Source of the DNA: an uncultured Verrucomicrobiota bacterium
Lineage (GTDB): Bacteria > Verrucomicrobiota > Verrucomicrobiia > Limisphaerales > UBA9464
Assembly: GCA_903925515.1 (NCBI GenBank)
Contig: CAIYFP010000056.1
Location: 924 to 64,923, forward strand
Length of the DNA stretch: 64,000 nt
Reading direction: 5' to 3'
The translations under genes and the position numbers were made by a program. This document shows positions 47,768 to 57,006 of this stretch, piece after piece (position 1 is the first letter of the stretch; every line of letters starts with the position of its first letter). Under the pieces are notes generated by a model that saw only the letters and a program-made list of their open reading frames with translations, ran no database searches and had not been told where the DNA came from.

Positions 47768-48715
47768 GTGCAGGCGCGCTCGCATCCGTCCCCTCCATGG
47801 TTTCTGGCACTCGGCCTCCTCACGATCCTCGTCGCCCTCCTCGCCGGCTGCGGCCCGAAGGAGTATGAAGTCACGGGGGTCATCAAGGAGGTCCGGCCGG
47901 CCGGGCCCGACGTCGTCGTCCGGCACGACGCCATCCCGGGCTACATGGAGGCCATGACGATGCCCTTTCCCGTGCGCGACGCCTCGCTGCTGACCCCGCT
48001 GCAACCGGGCGACGCCGTGAGGTTCCGCCTCTCCGTGACGCGCGCGGAGTCATGGTCCGACCGCTTCGTGGTGACTGCGAAGGCCACGAACGCCGCGCCC
48101 GGGGCGGTGCCCGCGCCCGCGCCGGAGAAGCCCGCCGTGCTGAACGACCCCTCGGGCGTGTCGTTCTACAAGGACGTGCCCGAGCTGAAGGTGGGCGACC
48201 CCTTGCCGACCTACGTGCTGACCAACCATGACGGCCGACGCTTCGCCACCGACGACTTCCGGGGCCGGGTCCTCGTGCTCAACTTCATCTTCACCCGTTG
48301 CCCGCTGCCGGACTTCTGCCCGCGCGAGTCCATGAACATGGCCTCCACGATCCGCCGGCTCCGGCGCGACGGACCCACCAACTTCCATGTCGTCTCGGTG
48401 ACCTTCGATCCCGAGCACGACACGCCCGGCGTGCTCGCGGCCTACGGCAGGCGGTACGACCACAACCCCGCCGACTGGACGTTCGCCACGGGTTCCTTCG
48501 ACTCCATCCAGCCGTTGGGCAGCCACTTCGGGCTCTACTTCAGCCGCGCCGTCACCCCCGACAACATGAACCACAACCTCCGCACCGTGGTGATTCGTCC
48601 CGACGGGAAGGTCGCGGACATCATCATGGGCAACCGCTGGACGCCCGGCCAGCTGGCCGAGTCCGTGGCGTCCGCGCTGGCTCCCGCCGCATCCCTCCAG
48701 CCCGCCAACCCGTAG
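47768..48715 (+). CDS. Lipoprotein fusing a CusF-like metal-binding domain to an SCO1/SenC thioredoxin-like domain
   Basis: The GTG start gives a signal peptide with lipobox LLAGC. VVVRHDAIPGYMEAMTMPFPV is a CusF-type H/M motif. VLVLNFIFTRCPLPDFCP and DHN...NHNLRTVVIRPDG are SCO-like. Confidence 0.75.
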   Translation: MQARSHPSPPWFLALGLLTILVALLAGCGPKEYEVTGVIKEVRPAGPDVVVRHDAIPGYMEAMTMPFPVRDASLLTPLQPGDAVRFRLSVTRAESWSDRFVVTAKATNAAPGAVPAPAPEKPAVLNDPSGVSFYKDVPELKVGDPLPTYVLTNHDGRRFATDDFRGRVLVLNFIFTRCPLPDFCPRESMNMASTIRRLRRDGPTNFHVVSVTFDPEHDTPGVLAAYGRRYDHNPADWTFATGSFDSIQPLGSHFGLYFSRAVTPDNMNHNLRTVVIRPDGKVADIIMGNRWTPGQLAESVASALAPAASLQPANP

Positions 48716-48748
48716 CAGGGCCACGCCGCCGCACGACGCTTCCCGGAC

Positions 48749-50569
48749 CTACCTCCCCCCGTCGCCCGCCTGAAGCTGGTAAAGCCGCGCGTACAACCCG
48801 CCTCGCAACAGCAACTCCCCGTGCGTTCCGGTCTCCACGATCCGTCCGTCCTCCATCACGACAACCCGGTCCGCCTTCAGCACGGTGGACAACCGATGCG
48901 CGATGCACACCGTCGTGCGCCCGACCATCAATCGTTCGAGGGCTTCCTGGACCGCCCGTTCCGACTCCGAGTCCAAGGCGCTCGTCGCCTCGTCCAGCAC
49001 CAGCACCGGCGCGTCGCGCAGGATCGCCCGGGCGATCGCGATCCGCTGCTTCTGCCCCCCGGACAAGGCGCTGCCGCGGTCGCCGACCGGCGCGTCGTAG
49101 CCACCGGGCCGCTCCATGATGAACTCGTGGGCGTTGGCCATGCGCGCCGCACGCTCGATGTCCTCCCGCGACGCCCCCTCGCGTCCGAGGCCGATGTTGG
49201 TGGCAATGGATTCCGAGAACAGGACCGGCTCCTGGGTCACCACGGCGAACTGGGCGCGCACGTCGGACATGCGCGCCCGCCGGATGTCGAGGTCGCCCAT
49301 CCGGATGCTTCCCTGTTGCGGGTCATGCAGGCGGAGGAGCAACGCCGCAAGGGTGCTCTTCCCGGAGCCGCTGGGCCCGACCACGGCCACGAAGCTTCCG
49401 GCGGCGATCCGCATCGACACGTCCCTCAGGACCGGCCGCTCCTCGTAGGCGAACGTGACCCCGTCGAGAACGAGGTCGCGGCCGCGCGCATCGATGGGCA
49501 CGGGCCGTTCCGGGTCCGTGATGTCGGGCCGGGTCGCGAGGAGGTCGAACACGCGTTGGCTTGCGGCGCGCGCCTGCTGAAGGAGGGCCTGGAGCCGGCT
49601 GAGCTCCTTGATGGGCTTGTACAGCATGAACAACCCCAGCACGAACTGGAGGAAGTCCCCCGCCGTCACCCCGGTCGAGGGCGTCAACGCCACGTAGATG
49701 AACACGCCGGACATGCCCAGCGACCCCGCGAACTCGATCATCGGCCCCGGCAGCTCGATCCCCCGGACCGCCCGCATCGTCTCCGAGACGAACCGTTGCG
49801 ACGCCCTTGCGAAGCGCCCGATCATGTAGCCCTCCAGCCCGTAGGCCTTCACGACGCGTTGCCCCGAGAAGCTCTCGTTCATCGTCGAGGCCTGCTCCGC
49901 CACGTGCGCCTGCGACGCCTGCGACGCCTTCCTCACCTTCCTCCCGTACACCACCACGGGCACCACGCACACCGGCAGCAACGACAGCGACAGCGCCATC
50001 AGCCTCGGCTGCTGCATCACCAGCAACCCCGCCAGCACCAACACCTGGACCGGGTCCCGGACCGCCACCGAGAACCCATGCGACACGGCGTGGCGAAGCA
50101 TGGCCGGGTCGTTCGAGATCCTCGACATCAGCTCCCCCGTCCGGTTCACCCCGAAGAATCCCATCGAGAGCCCGTGCAAATGCCGGAACACCGCCTGCTG
50201 CACCCCCGCCATCGTCTGTGTCGCCGCCCAGGTCATCGAGTAGGCTCCCACGTACTCGAACACCCCACGCATCAGCATCACCAACGGGATCAACGCGATC
50301 CCCCACACCATCGCCGTGGACCGATCCATGCCCGCAACCCCGTCCACCATGCCGCGCGCCCAACCCGCCATGAACGTCGGCAACGAGTCCAGCATCGCCT
50401 CGCCGGGCTTCTTGCCCGCGCCCGGGAACACCATGTCCACCACGAGCCGCACCACGGTCAGCAGCATCGCGTTGGTCGCCGCGAACAGCACGCCGCTCGC
50501 GATCCCCAACGCCACGCGTCCACGAAACGGCCGCACGTAGGGCAGGAACCTGCGCAGGAACTCCATCAT
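48749..50569 (-). CDS. ABC transporter, fused permease/ATPase (MsbA/exporter type)
   Basis: The N-terminal half has 6 TM helices. Walker A is GPSGSGKST, the signature is LSGGQKQR and Walker B is VLVLDEATSALD. Confidence 0.9.
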   Translation of the reverse strand: MMEFLRRFLPYVRPFRGRVALGIASGVLFAATNAMLLTVVRLVVDMVFPGAGKKPGEAMLDSLPTFMAGWARGMVDGVAGMDRSTAMVWGIALIPLVMLMRGVFEYVGAYSMTWAATQTMAGVQQAVFRHLHGLSMGFFGVNRTGELMSRISNDPAMLRHAVSHGFSVAVRDPVQVLVLAGLLVMQQPRLMALSLSLLPVCVVPVVVYGRKVRKASQASQAHVAEQASTMNESFSGQRVVKAYGLEGYMIGRFARASQRFVSETMRAVRGIELPGPMIEFAGSLGMSGVFIYVALTPSTGVTAGDFLQFVLGLFMLYKPIKELSRLQALLQQARAASQRVFDLLATRPDITDPERPVPIDARGRDLVLDGVTFAYEERPVLRDVSMRIAAGSFVAVVGPSGSGKSTLAALLLRLHDPQQGSIRMGDLDIRRARMSDVRAQFAVVTQEPVLFSESIATNIGLGREGASREDIERAARMANAHEFIMERPGGYDAPVGDRGSALSGGQKQRIAIARAILRDAPVLVLDEATSALDSESERAVQEALERLMVGRTTVCIAHRLSTVLKADRVVVMEDGRIVETGTHGELLLRGGLYARLYQLQAGDGGR

Positions 50570-50753
50570 GGCCCCGTGCCTCCTCGCCTTCGCCGCGCCT
50601 GCTTGCCACCGCCCGTCGCGTCTCCCATGCCCTTGCTCATTGCGTCCGCACCGCCCTCACCCTGCCTGCTCCCGGGCCGGGTTCCCATCCCATTCTCCCC
50701 CGGCGCGGCGGCTTGCCCTCGTCGGCTTTCCTCCCCAATGCTGCGCTACCGCC

Positions 50754-53117
50754 ATGCCTCGCACCTCTCGACGGGACTTCGTCAGGCTCGCCGCGTTTGC
50801 GGCCGCCGCCCATGCGGCCCATGCCGCCCCACCGCGGTCCACACGGCCATGGCGCTCCCACCTCGCCATCCCGCCCCACGTGCCACGCCCGGTCCCCGGC
50901 GTCCATGGCTACGCCCATGCCGTCTCCATCCGCGCCGGCGAGACGATCCACCTTCACGTCAGCAACGCCATGCCCTGCGACGTCGAGGTTTGCCGCCTTG
51001 GCGCGCTTGTGGACGACCCGGCCGGCGACGTGGTCCTGCATCGCTTCCCGACGCTTCCCCCCAACCCCCAGCCCATTCACCCGGGCTCCTACGTCCACGT
51101 CCCAAAGAACCTCGCCTTTCGGCCCTCCGCCTTCTCCATCGAGGCATGGGTTCGCCCCTGGTCGCTCGAGCGCCTCCAGGGCGTCGTCTCCCAGGAGGAC
51201 AAGTCCAGCGACCAAGGCTTCGCCCTCGGCGTCGGACCCGACGGCTACGTCGGATTCTTCCTTGGCAACGGCGTCGGGCCCGACGAGGCCGTCGTCCACC
51301 GGACCACGCCACGCAGGCTGTCCACGGGCCGATGGCACCACCTTGTTGCCACATGGGATGGGCAATCCAAGCGCGTCTGGATCGACGGCGCGCTTGCCGG
51401 CGAATGGCCTTTCACGGGCCCCTGCCAGCTCGGTTCCCATCCCCTCCGGCTCGGCGCCATGGGCGAGGACGGCGAGGCCACCCGTTTCCTCGACGGCGAC
51501 CTGGCCATGGTGTGCCTCCATGACCGTGCCATGGACGCGGACGAGGTGGCCCGGCGGCATGCGGAGCGCGCGCGGGCGATGCCGCCACGACGGCACCTCC
51601 TTGCCTGCTGGACGTTTGCCGAGGAGCGCGGCGAACGCGTCGCCGACGCGTCGTCCCACGCCCGCCATGGCCGCATCATCAACCATGGCACGTGGATGGT
51701 CGGCGGCCCCTCGTTCAACCCCGAGGTCCAACGCTTCGGCGACTACCAACCCCAATCCGACCCGGACCGCGGCCATGCGCTTCGCCTCGCCTCCGACGAC
51801 CTCTACGACTGTCGCTGGCCCGTGACCCTTTCATGGAAGGCCCCGGCCACGGCCGTTCCCGGGGTGCACGTCGCGCGCGTTCGTTACCTTCGCGACGGGC
51901 GCGAGCACCTGCACCATGTCACCTTCATCGTCCGTCGCAGCCCGAGGCGTGCGCCGTCGCCCATCCTCGTCGTGTGCTCCACGAACACATGGCGCGCCTA
52001 CAATGGCGCCCCGTTCGGGACATGGCCGGCGTCGCTGCATGCCGTCATCGGCACGGACGGGCTCCCGTCTCCCGATCGTTCCCTGCCGGCGTTCTGCCTG
52101 TACCGGGGGCACGCGGCCGGGCAGGGCACGTACCAGCTCGGCTCCCTTGTCCCATGGCCGGCGGCCAGCCCCTACGCCCTCTACGGCGGCCCCACGCGCT
52201 ACAGTCACCTGCTCCGTGCCGAGCGATTCCTGCATGCATGGCTTGCGTCGCAGGGCTTCGGCTTTGACCTCGCGTCCGACCTCGACCTCCACCGCGACCC
52301 GGCGCTGCTCCGGCGTCACAAGGTCGTCATACTCAACGGCCATTCCGAGTACTGGTCCACCCCGGCCCTCCATGGTCTCGAGGCCTTCCTCCGCAACGGG
52401 GGCAACCTTGCCGTGCTGTCTGGCAACTCCCTCTTCTGGCGCGTCAGCTTCGACCCCTCCGGGCAGGTCATGGAATGCCGCAAGGTGGATGCCCCCGGCG
52501 ACCAACTCCCGGCCTCCCGCCGGGGCGAATGCTGGCATGGCCATGATGGCCAACGCGGCGGCCTCCTTCGCGAGTGCGGCCACCACGGGTGGAAGCTCGT
52601 CGGCATGGAGACCCTCGGTTGGAACAACCAGTCCGAGCCCCGCAACTTTGGCCCGTACATCGCCACCGGCGCCTCCCACTTCCTGTTTCATCGACCCGAG
52701 GAGACCGGAATCGCGGACGGCGAGGCCTTTGGCCACGGCCCGGGCGGCGGGCTCCCGCTCGCCAACGGCCATGAGTTCGACGTCCGACTCTCCACCCTCA
52801 AGGCCCTCCAGGAAAAACCCGACCCCGCCGGAGCGTCCGTGCCCGACGATCCGCCCGGGATCGTCCGCCTCGCCAACGGCGTCATCCCGTGGAAGTTCGG
52901 CGGGTCCGCCTTCGACTACTTCTTCCGCCCCATCAAGCCCGGCACGGACCAGGGCGGCGAGATGATCTACTGGGAACGGCCCGAGGGCGGTCGTGTCTTC
53001 CACGCCGGAAGCATCGGCTCCGGCTGGGCGCTCCATGCGGACCCGCGCTTCCAGGCCCTCTTCCGCAACGTGCTCCATCATTTCGGCGTCGCCCGGGGCC
53101 CGGCACCGCGCCCCTGA
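50754..53117 (+). CDS. Tat-exported LamG-domain protein, N,N-dimethylformamidase-beta-subunit-like family
   Basis: The ATG at 50754 gives MPRTSRRDFVRLAAFAAAAHAAHA, a Tat signal. The LamG-type segment is FSIEAWVRPW...WHHLVATWDG...VWIDGAL...LDGDLAMVCLHDRAM. The C-terminal VVILNGHSEYWS...GGNLAVLSGNSLFWRV resembles the DMFase large-subunit family. Confidence 0.6.
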   Translation: MPRTSRRDFVRLAAFAAAAHAAHAAPPRSTRPWRSHLAIPPHVPRPVPGVHGYAHAVSIRAGETIHLHVSNAMPCDVEVCRLGALVDDPAGDVVLHRFPTLPPNPQPIHPGSYVHVPKNLAFRPSAFSIEAWVRPWSLERLQGVVSQEDKSSDQGFALGVGPDGYVGFFLGNGVGPDEAVVHRTTPRRLSTGRWHHLVATWDGQSKRVWIDGALAGEWPFTGPCQLGSHPLRLGAMGEDGEATRFLDGDLAMVCLHDRAMDADEVARRHAERARAMPPRRHLLACWTFAEERGERVADASSHARHGRIINHGTWMVGGPSFNPEVQRFGDYQPQSDPDRGHALRLASDDLYDCRWPVTLSWKAPATAVPGVHVARVRYLRDGREHLHHVTFIVRRSPRRAPSPILVVCSTNTWRAYNGAPFGTWPASLHAVIGTDGLPSPDRSLPAFCLYRGHAAGQGTYQLGSLVPWPAASPYALYGGPTRYSHLLRAERFLHAWLASQGFGFDLASDLDLHRDPALLRRHKVVILNGHSEYWSTPALHGLEAFLRNGGNLAVLSGNSLFWRVSFDPSGQVMECRKVDAPGDQLPASRRGECWHGHDGQRGGLLRECGHHGWKLVGMETLGWNNQSEPRNFGPYIATGASHFLFHRPEETGIADGEAFGHGPGGGLPLANGHEFDVRLSTLKALQEKPDPAGASVPDDPPGIVRLANGVIPWKFGGSAFDYFFRPIKPGTDQGGEMIYWERPEGGRVFHAGSIGSGWALHADPRFQALFRNVLHHFGVARGPAPRP

Positions 53118-53132
53118 CGCTCCCGGCGTCCC

Positions 53133-54185
53133 TCACCGGCGCACCGCAAGCAACGCCCCGCAATGGACGCGCGTCGGAACCACCTCCGTCGCGGCAAACC
53201 CCGTCCGCCCCAGCATCCCCCGGTACTCCGCCACGCTGTACGCCCGCCCCTCCGTCACGCTGAACAGCGCCGCCGAATACAACGCCACCGGCAACGGCCC
53301 CCCATGGTCGTCGTCAAGGAACACGTCGTGCACCACCAGCCGCCCGCCACGCGGCAACCCTTCCGCGCAGCGCCGCAGGATCTCCTCGCACTGTTCCTCC
53401 GCCCAGTCGTGCAGCACGTTCGACAGCAACACCACGTCCGCCCCCTCCGGGAACGAGTCCCGGAACATGTCCCCCGGCCGAAGCTCCACACGGTCGGCCA
53501 GCCCGGAGCCCCGCACGAACTCCGAGGCCACCCGGAGCACCTCGGGCCGGTCCCACACCACCGCGCGCAACGACGGGTTCGCCCGCAGCAACGCGACCGT
53601 GTACACCCCGGTGCCCCCGGCCACGTCCACCAGCATGCGTGCCCCCGTCATGGGCACCGCCGCCGCGAGCGCCGGGGCCACGTTCCTCGCTCGCCCGGCC
53701 AGCGCCATCGTGAAGAACCGTGCCCCCTCCTCCCCTTCCATCGCCGACGGCATGCCTTCCCGGTAGATGAAGCCCACGCCGCCTCCACCGCCGTCCGCGC
53801 CGGCTGGCCTGTCCGTCTTCAGCCGCTCCGCCATCGCACGGACGCCGGCGGACCCCGAGGCCAAGGCGAAGTAGTCCCCCACGTAATGCGGGCTTCGCGG
53901 GTCAAGGTGGGCGCGCGCCAGTTCCGTGGCCTCAAGGCGCCCGTCCCCGCGCATGGCCAGCGTCCCCATCGCCCGCAAGGCCGTCGTCAGCACCGCCGCC
54001 GGCCTCCGCGCGAGGCCCAGCGCCGCAGCCAGTTCCCCCGGCAAAAGCGCGCCGTCGCCCAGCTCGCGGAACAACCCAAGGTGCGCCGTCGCGGCCACCA
54101 GCAGCTCCGTCGCATGGCAGCCCCGGAACAGCTCGAACAACGGCGCCGGGTCCCGCGCCGAAACCTCCCACGGGACCGGTTCCAT
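53133..54185 (-). CDS. Class I SAM-dependent O-methyltransferase (family 2, with N-terminal dimerisation/wHTH domain)
   Basis: LVDVAGGTGVYTVALL is SAM motif I, and DVVLLSNVLHDW and GGRLVVHD follow. The ATG at 54185 is used; an alternative GTG at 54200 overlaps the gcvH stop (GTGA). Confidence 0.8.
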   Translation of the reverse strand: MEPVPWEVSARDPAPLFELFRGCHATELLVAATAHLGLFRELGDGALLPGELAAALGLARRPAAVLTTALRAMGTLAMRGDGRLEATELARAHLDPRSPHYVGDYFALASGSAGVRAMAERLKTDRPAGADGGGGGVGFIYREGMPSAMEGEEGARFFTMALAGRARNVAPALAAAVPMTGARMLVDVAGGTGVYTVALLRANPSLRAVVWDRPEVLRVASEFVRGSGLADRVELRPGDMFRDSFPEGADVVLLSNVLHDWAEEQCEEILRRCAEGLPRGGRLVVHDVFLDDDHGGPLPVALYSAALFSVTEGRAYSVAEYRGMLGRTGFAATEVVPTRVHCGALLAVRR

Positions 54186-54196
54186 GCCGCCGGCCT

Positions 54197-54577
54197 TCAC
54201 GCCCCGATCTGTTCCCCGTATGCCTTCGCGTCCTTCAGCCCCGACACCGCCCCTGCCAGCCGCACCTTCATGAACCAGCCCTCGCCATACGGGTCGGTGT
54301 TCACCAGGGCCGGGTTCTTCGCGACTTCCCCGTTCACCGCCACCACCTCGCCCGCCACCGGTGCATAGATGTCGCTCGCGGTCTTCACGGACTCGACCAC
54401 GGCGCAGGGCTCGCCCGACTTCACCATGCGACCCACGGCGGGCAATTCCACGAACACCACGTCCGTCAGCTCATGCTGGGCATGGTCCGTGATTCCAACC
54501 GTCGCCACCTCCCCCTCGACGCGCACCCACTCGTGCGACGCCGCGTACATCAAGTCCCCGGGAACCTTCGTGCTCAT
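54197..54577 (-). CDS. gcvH: Glycine cleavage system H protein / lipoyl-carrier protein
   Basis: The ATG at 54577 gives MSTKVPGDLMYAASHEWVRVEGEVATVGITDHAQ. The lipoyl-lysine motif is AVVESVKTASDIYAPVAGEV, and DPYGEGWF follows. Confidence 0.9.
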   Translation of the reverse strand: MSTKVPGDLMYAASHEWVRVEGEVATVGITDHAQHELTDVVFVELPAVGRMVKSGEPCAVVESVKTASDIYAPVAGEVVAVNGEVAKNPALVNTDPYGEGWFMKVRLAGAVSGLKDAKAYGEQIGA

Positions 54578-54641
54578 TGTTTCCCAAGGCTGAAGCCCAC
54601 CTTGCCCGCCGGTCAATCACCGGTTCCAACGGGTCGGGACG

Positions 54642-55907
54642 TCACGGCGCCCCGGACAGCCGGTACAGGGTCTCGCCGGCCTTGGGCACATGGAGGATGC
54701 CCTCGCCCTCCCTGCCCTCGTAAGCCCCCGCGTCAATCGTCCGCCAATCCCGGTACCCAAGGTTGATCGCGTGGCATTCGGCCTCGGGGATCCCCGTGGC
54801 CAAGGTCACGCGCGCGCGCGCCTTCTCCACCCCGTCGAGGTAGGTGCCCTGCCCGAACACATGCGTGCTGTGGGCCAACACCCCCCATGGCAGGTCCTTG
54901 AACCGGTCCCACTGCCGGAGGAAGTAATCCCGACAATGATACCCCACCTGCCGGATCAACCGCCCATGCACGAGGCTCACCTCCCTCAGGTGCGGCGCGT
55001 AGATGATCAGTTCCCCGCCCTCGGCCAGCACCGGCTCCAGCTTGTACATGCACTTGGCCCCCACCCAGAGCTCGTCGTACATGGGCGGCGCGCACGACAG
55101 GATCGTGTGGAACGGACGCGCCTTCCGGATGACGTGATGCCGCGCCGACTCGTCCACGGCGCGGTCCCATGCCGCCTCGGGCGTGCCCGCGAACATCGCC
55201 GCCATGCCCCCGTTCGCCACCACCAAGGCCAGGCACAGCTTGTCCGTCCGCACCATGGCCCCGGCCCGGTCCACCACCCGCCGCACCGGCGTCCACTTGT
55301 GGCCGATCACGCCCACCGTCGTGATCACCGCCCCCAGCCAATGGAAGAAGTTCAGCACCTCCGCGCCGCCGATGCCCGGGAAGAGGTACTTGTTGCCCCC
55401 GCTGAAGCCCACCACCTCGTGCGGGAACACCGGCCCCACGATGATGAGGCGGTCGTACTCGTCCACGCGCCGGTTCACCGTCACCCGCACGTCCATCGCG
55501 AACAACCCGTCCGACAACGCATGGATCTCCTCCTTGGGTATCACGCCCAAGGGCTTCAGCGCCGCCGGGTTGTCCCATTCATGGTTGAAGAACCGCACCC
55601 GCCCGTAGCGCCCGCGCCGTTCAACCATCGTGATCTCGAGGCGCGCGCAGATCTCCTCCTCCGTCATCGCCCGGTGCGTGCCCAGCGCCACCAGGATGTC
55701 CAGCGCCGCCGCCGCGCCCCCCAGCTCATGGAACAACGCCCGGAACATCATCCCGATCGGCGCCGTCCTCGTGCCGTCCGGTATCACCAGCAACACCCGC
55801 TTGCCCCGGTGGTCCGCCGCCGGGCACGCCGCCGCCACCACCTCGGCAACCTCCCTTTCGCCCAGCACGCACCCCAATTCCGCCACCCTTCCATGCACCT
55901 CGCCCAT
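54642..55907 (-). CDS. LarA-like (DUF2088) nickel-pincer-dependent racemase/epimerase family protein
   Basis: KRVLLVIPDGTRTAP, ALGTHR and PHEVVGFSGGNKYLFPG match LarA-family signature segments as I recall them. Confidence 0.7.
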   Translation of the reverse strand: MGEVHGRVAELGCVLGEREVAEVVAAACPAADHRGKRVLLVIPDGTRTAPIGMMFRALFHELGGAAAALDILVALGTHRAMTEEEICARLEITMVERRGRYGRVRFFNHEWDNPAALKPLGVIPKEEIHALSDGLFAMDVRVTVNRRVDEYDRLIIVGPVFPHEVVGFSGGNKYLFPGIGGAEVLNFFHWLGAVITTVGVIGHKWTPVRRVVDRAGAMVRTDKLCLALVVANGGMAAMFAGTPEAAWDRAVDESARHHVIRKARPFHTILSCAPPMYDELWVGAKCMYKLEPVLAEGGELIIYAPHLREVSLVHGRLIRQVGYHCRDYFLRQWDRFKDLPWGVLAHSTHVFGQGTYLDGVEKARARVTLATGIPEAECHAINLGYRDWRTIDAGAYEGREGEGILHVPKAGETLYRLSGAP

Positions 55908-55967
55908 CGTCTTCGCCCTCCTTCCTGTTCCTCGTTCTTCGTCCCAAACCCTTCCCGGCCCGCCGCC

Positions 55968-56774
55968 TCAGATCGTCTGCGCAAGGAAACCGCCGTCCAC
56001 CACCACGTCCGAGCCCGTCACGAAGGACGCCGCCGCGGGGCTCGCAAGGAACACCGCCGCCCCCACCAGCTCCCGCGCCTCGCCAAAACGCCCCATCGGC
56101 GTGTGCCCCATGATCGAGCGCGCCCGCGCCGTCGGCTGTCCGTCCTCGCCGAACAGCAAACGCCGGTTCTGCTCCGCCGGGAAGAACCCGGGCGTGACCG
56201 AGTTCACGCGCACGCCCCGCGCCGCCCATTCCCGCGCAAGGAAACGCGTCAGGTTCAACACCGCCGCCTTGGCCGCCGAGTACGCCACCACGCGCGACAA
56301 GGGCAGGTGCGCCGACACGCTCGCGATGTTGATGATGCTGCCCTTGCCTGCGCGTGCCATGCCGCCCCCGAAGACCTGGCATGGCAGCAACGCCCCCCCC
56401 ACCAGGTTCAGGTCGAAGCTCTGCCGCCACGCCTCCAGGGCGATCCCCTCGAACGGGTTCTCCGGCGTCGCCGTCACCGACGGATGGTTCCCCCCCGCCG
56501 CGTTCACGAGCACCGTGGGCTCGCCGAGGGCGGCGAGCACCCGCGCACGCCCCTCCTCCAGCGATGCCCGATCCGATGCGTCCATCGGCACGAACAACGC
56601 CTGCCCGCCCGCCGCATGGATCGCCTCCGCGCGTTCTCGCCCGCGCTCCGCGCTCCGCCCGGCCACCACCACGGTCGCCCCGGCGGCCGCCAACCCGTCC
56701 GCGATCGCGCCCCCGAGCACGCCCGTCGCCCCTATCACCACCGACACCTCGCCCCTCAAGTCGAACAGCTTCAT
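55968..56774 (-). CDS. Short-chain dehydrogenase/reductase (SDR)
   Basis: The ATG at 56774 gives MKLFDLRGEVSVVIGATGVLGGAIA (TGxxxGxG). NAAG and the catalytic YSAAKAAV (YxxxK) are present. Confidence 0.9.
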   Translation of the reverse strand: MKLFDLRGEVSVVIGATGVLGGAIADGLAAAGATVVVAGRSAERGRERAEAIHAAGGQALFVPMDASDRASLEEGRARVLAALGEPTVLVNAAGGNHPSVTATPENPFEGIALEAWRQSFDLNLVGGALLPCQVFGGGMARAGKGSIINIASVSAHLPLSRVVAYSAAKAAVLNLTRFLAREWAARGVRVNSVTPGFFPAEQNRRLLFGEDGQPTARARSIMGHTPMGRFGEARELVGAAVFLASPAAASFVTGSDVVVDGGFLAQTI

Positions 56775-57006
56775 CCGCGACCCACCTTGCCCGGCAACGG
56801 CGCCCGGTTGAACCCCAAAACGGGACCGTCTTGAAAGGGTGCCCCGTGGGACTGCCGGCCCACCCCGTGTCCGGGATGGATGGAGCACGCCGGCCCGGCG
56901 CGGGGGCGGCCAAGCCCGGCAAGGCGCGAAACGGCCCGGCAGGGACGATGCAGCCGGGCGGGAACGGGTCGCGCCGCAGATTCGACCTGCCGAAGCGGCT
57001 CCTCGC

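Noticed and set aside
43136-48004. 1622-aa ORF on the - strand
   Set aside because: It is the antisense shadow of the DUF2892-MFP-RND-SCO operon. Its composition is dominated by G/R/D/A/H and it has no recognisable motif.
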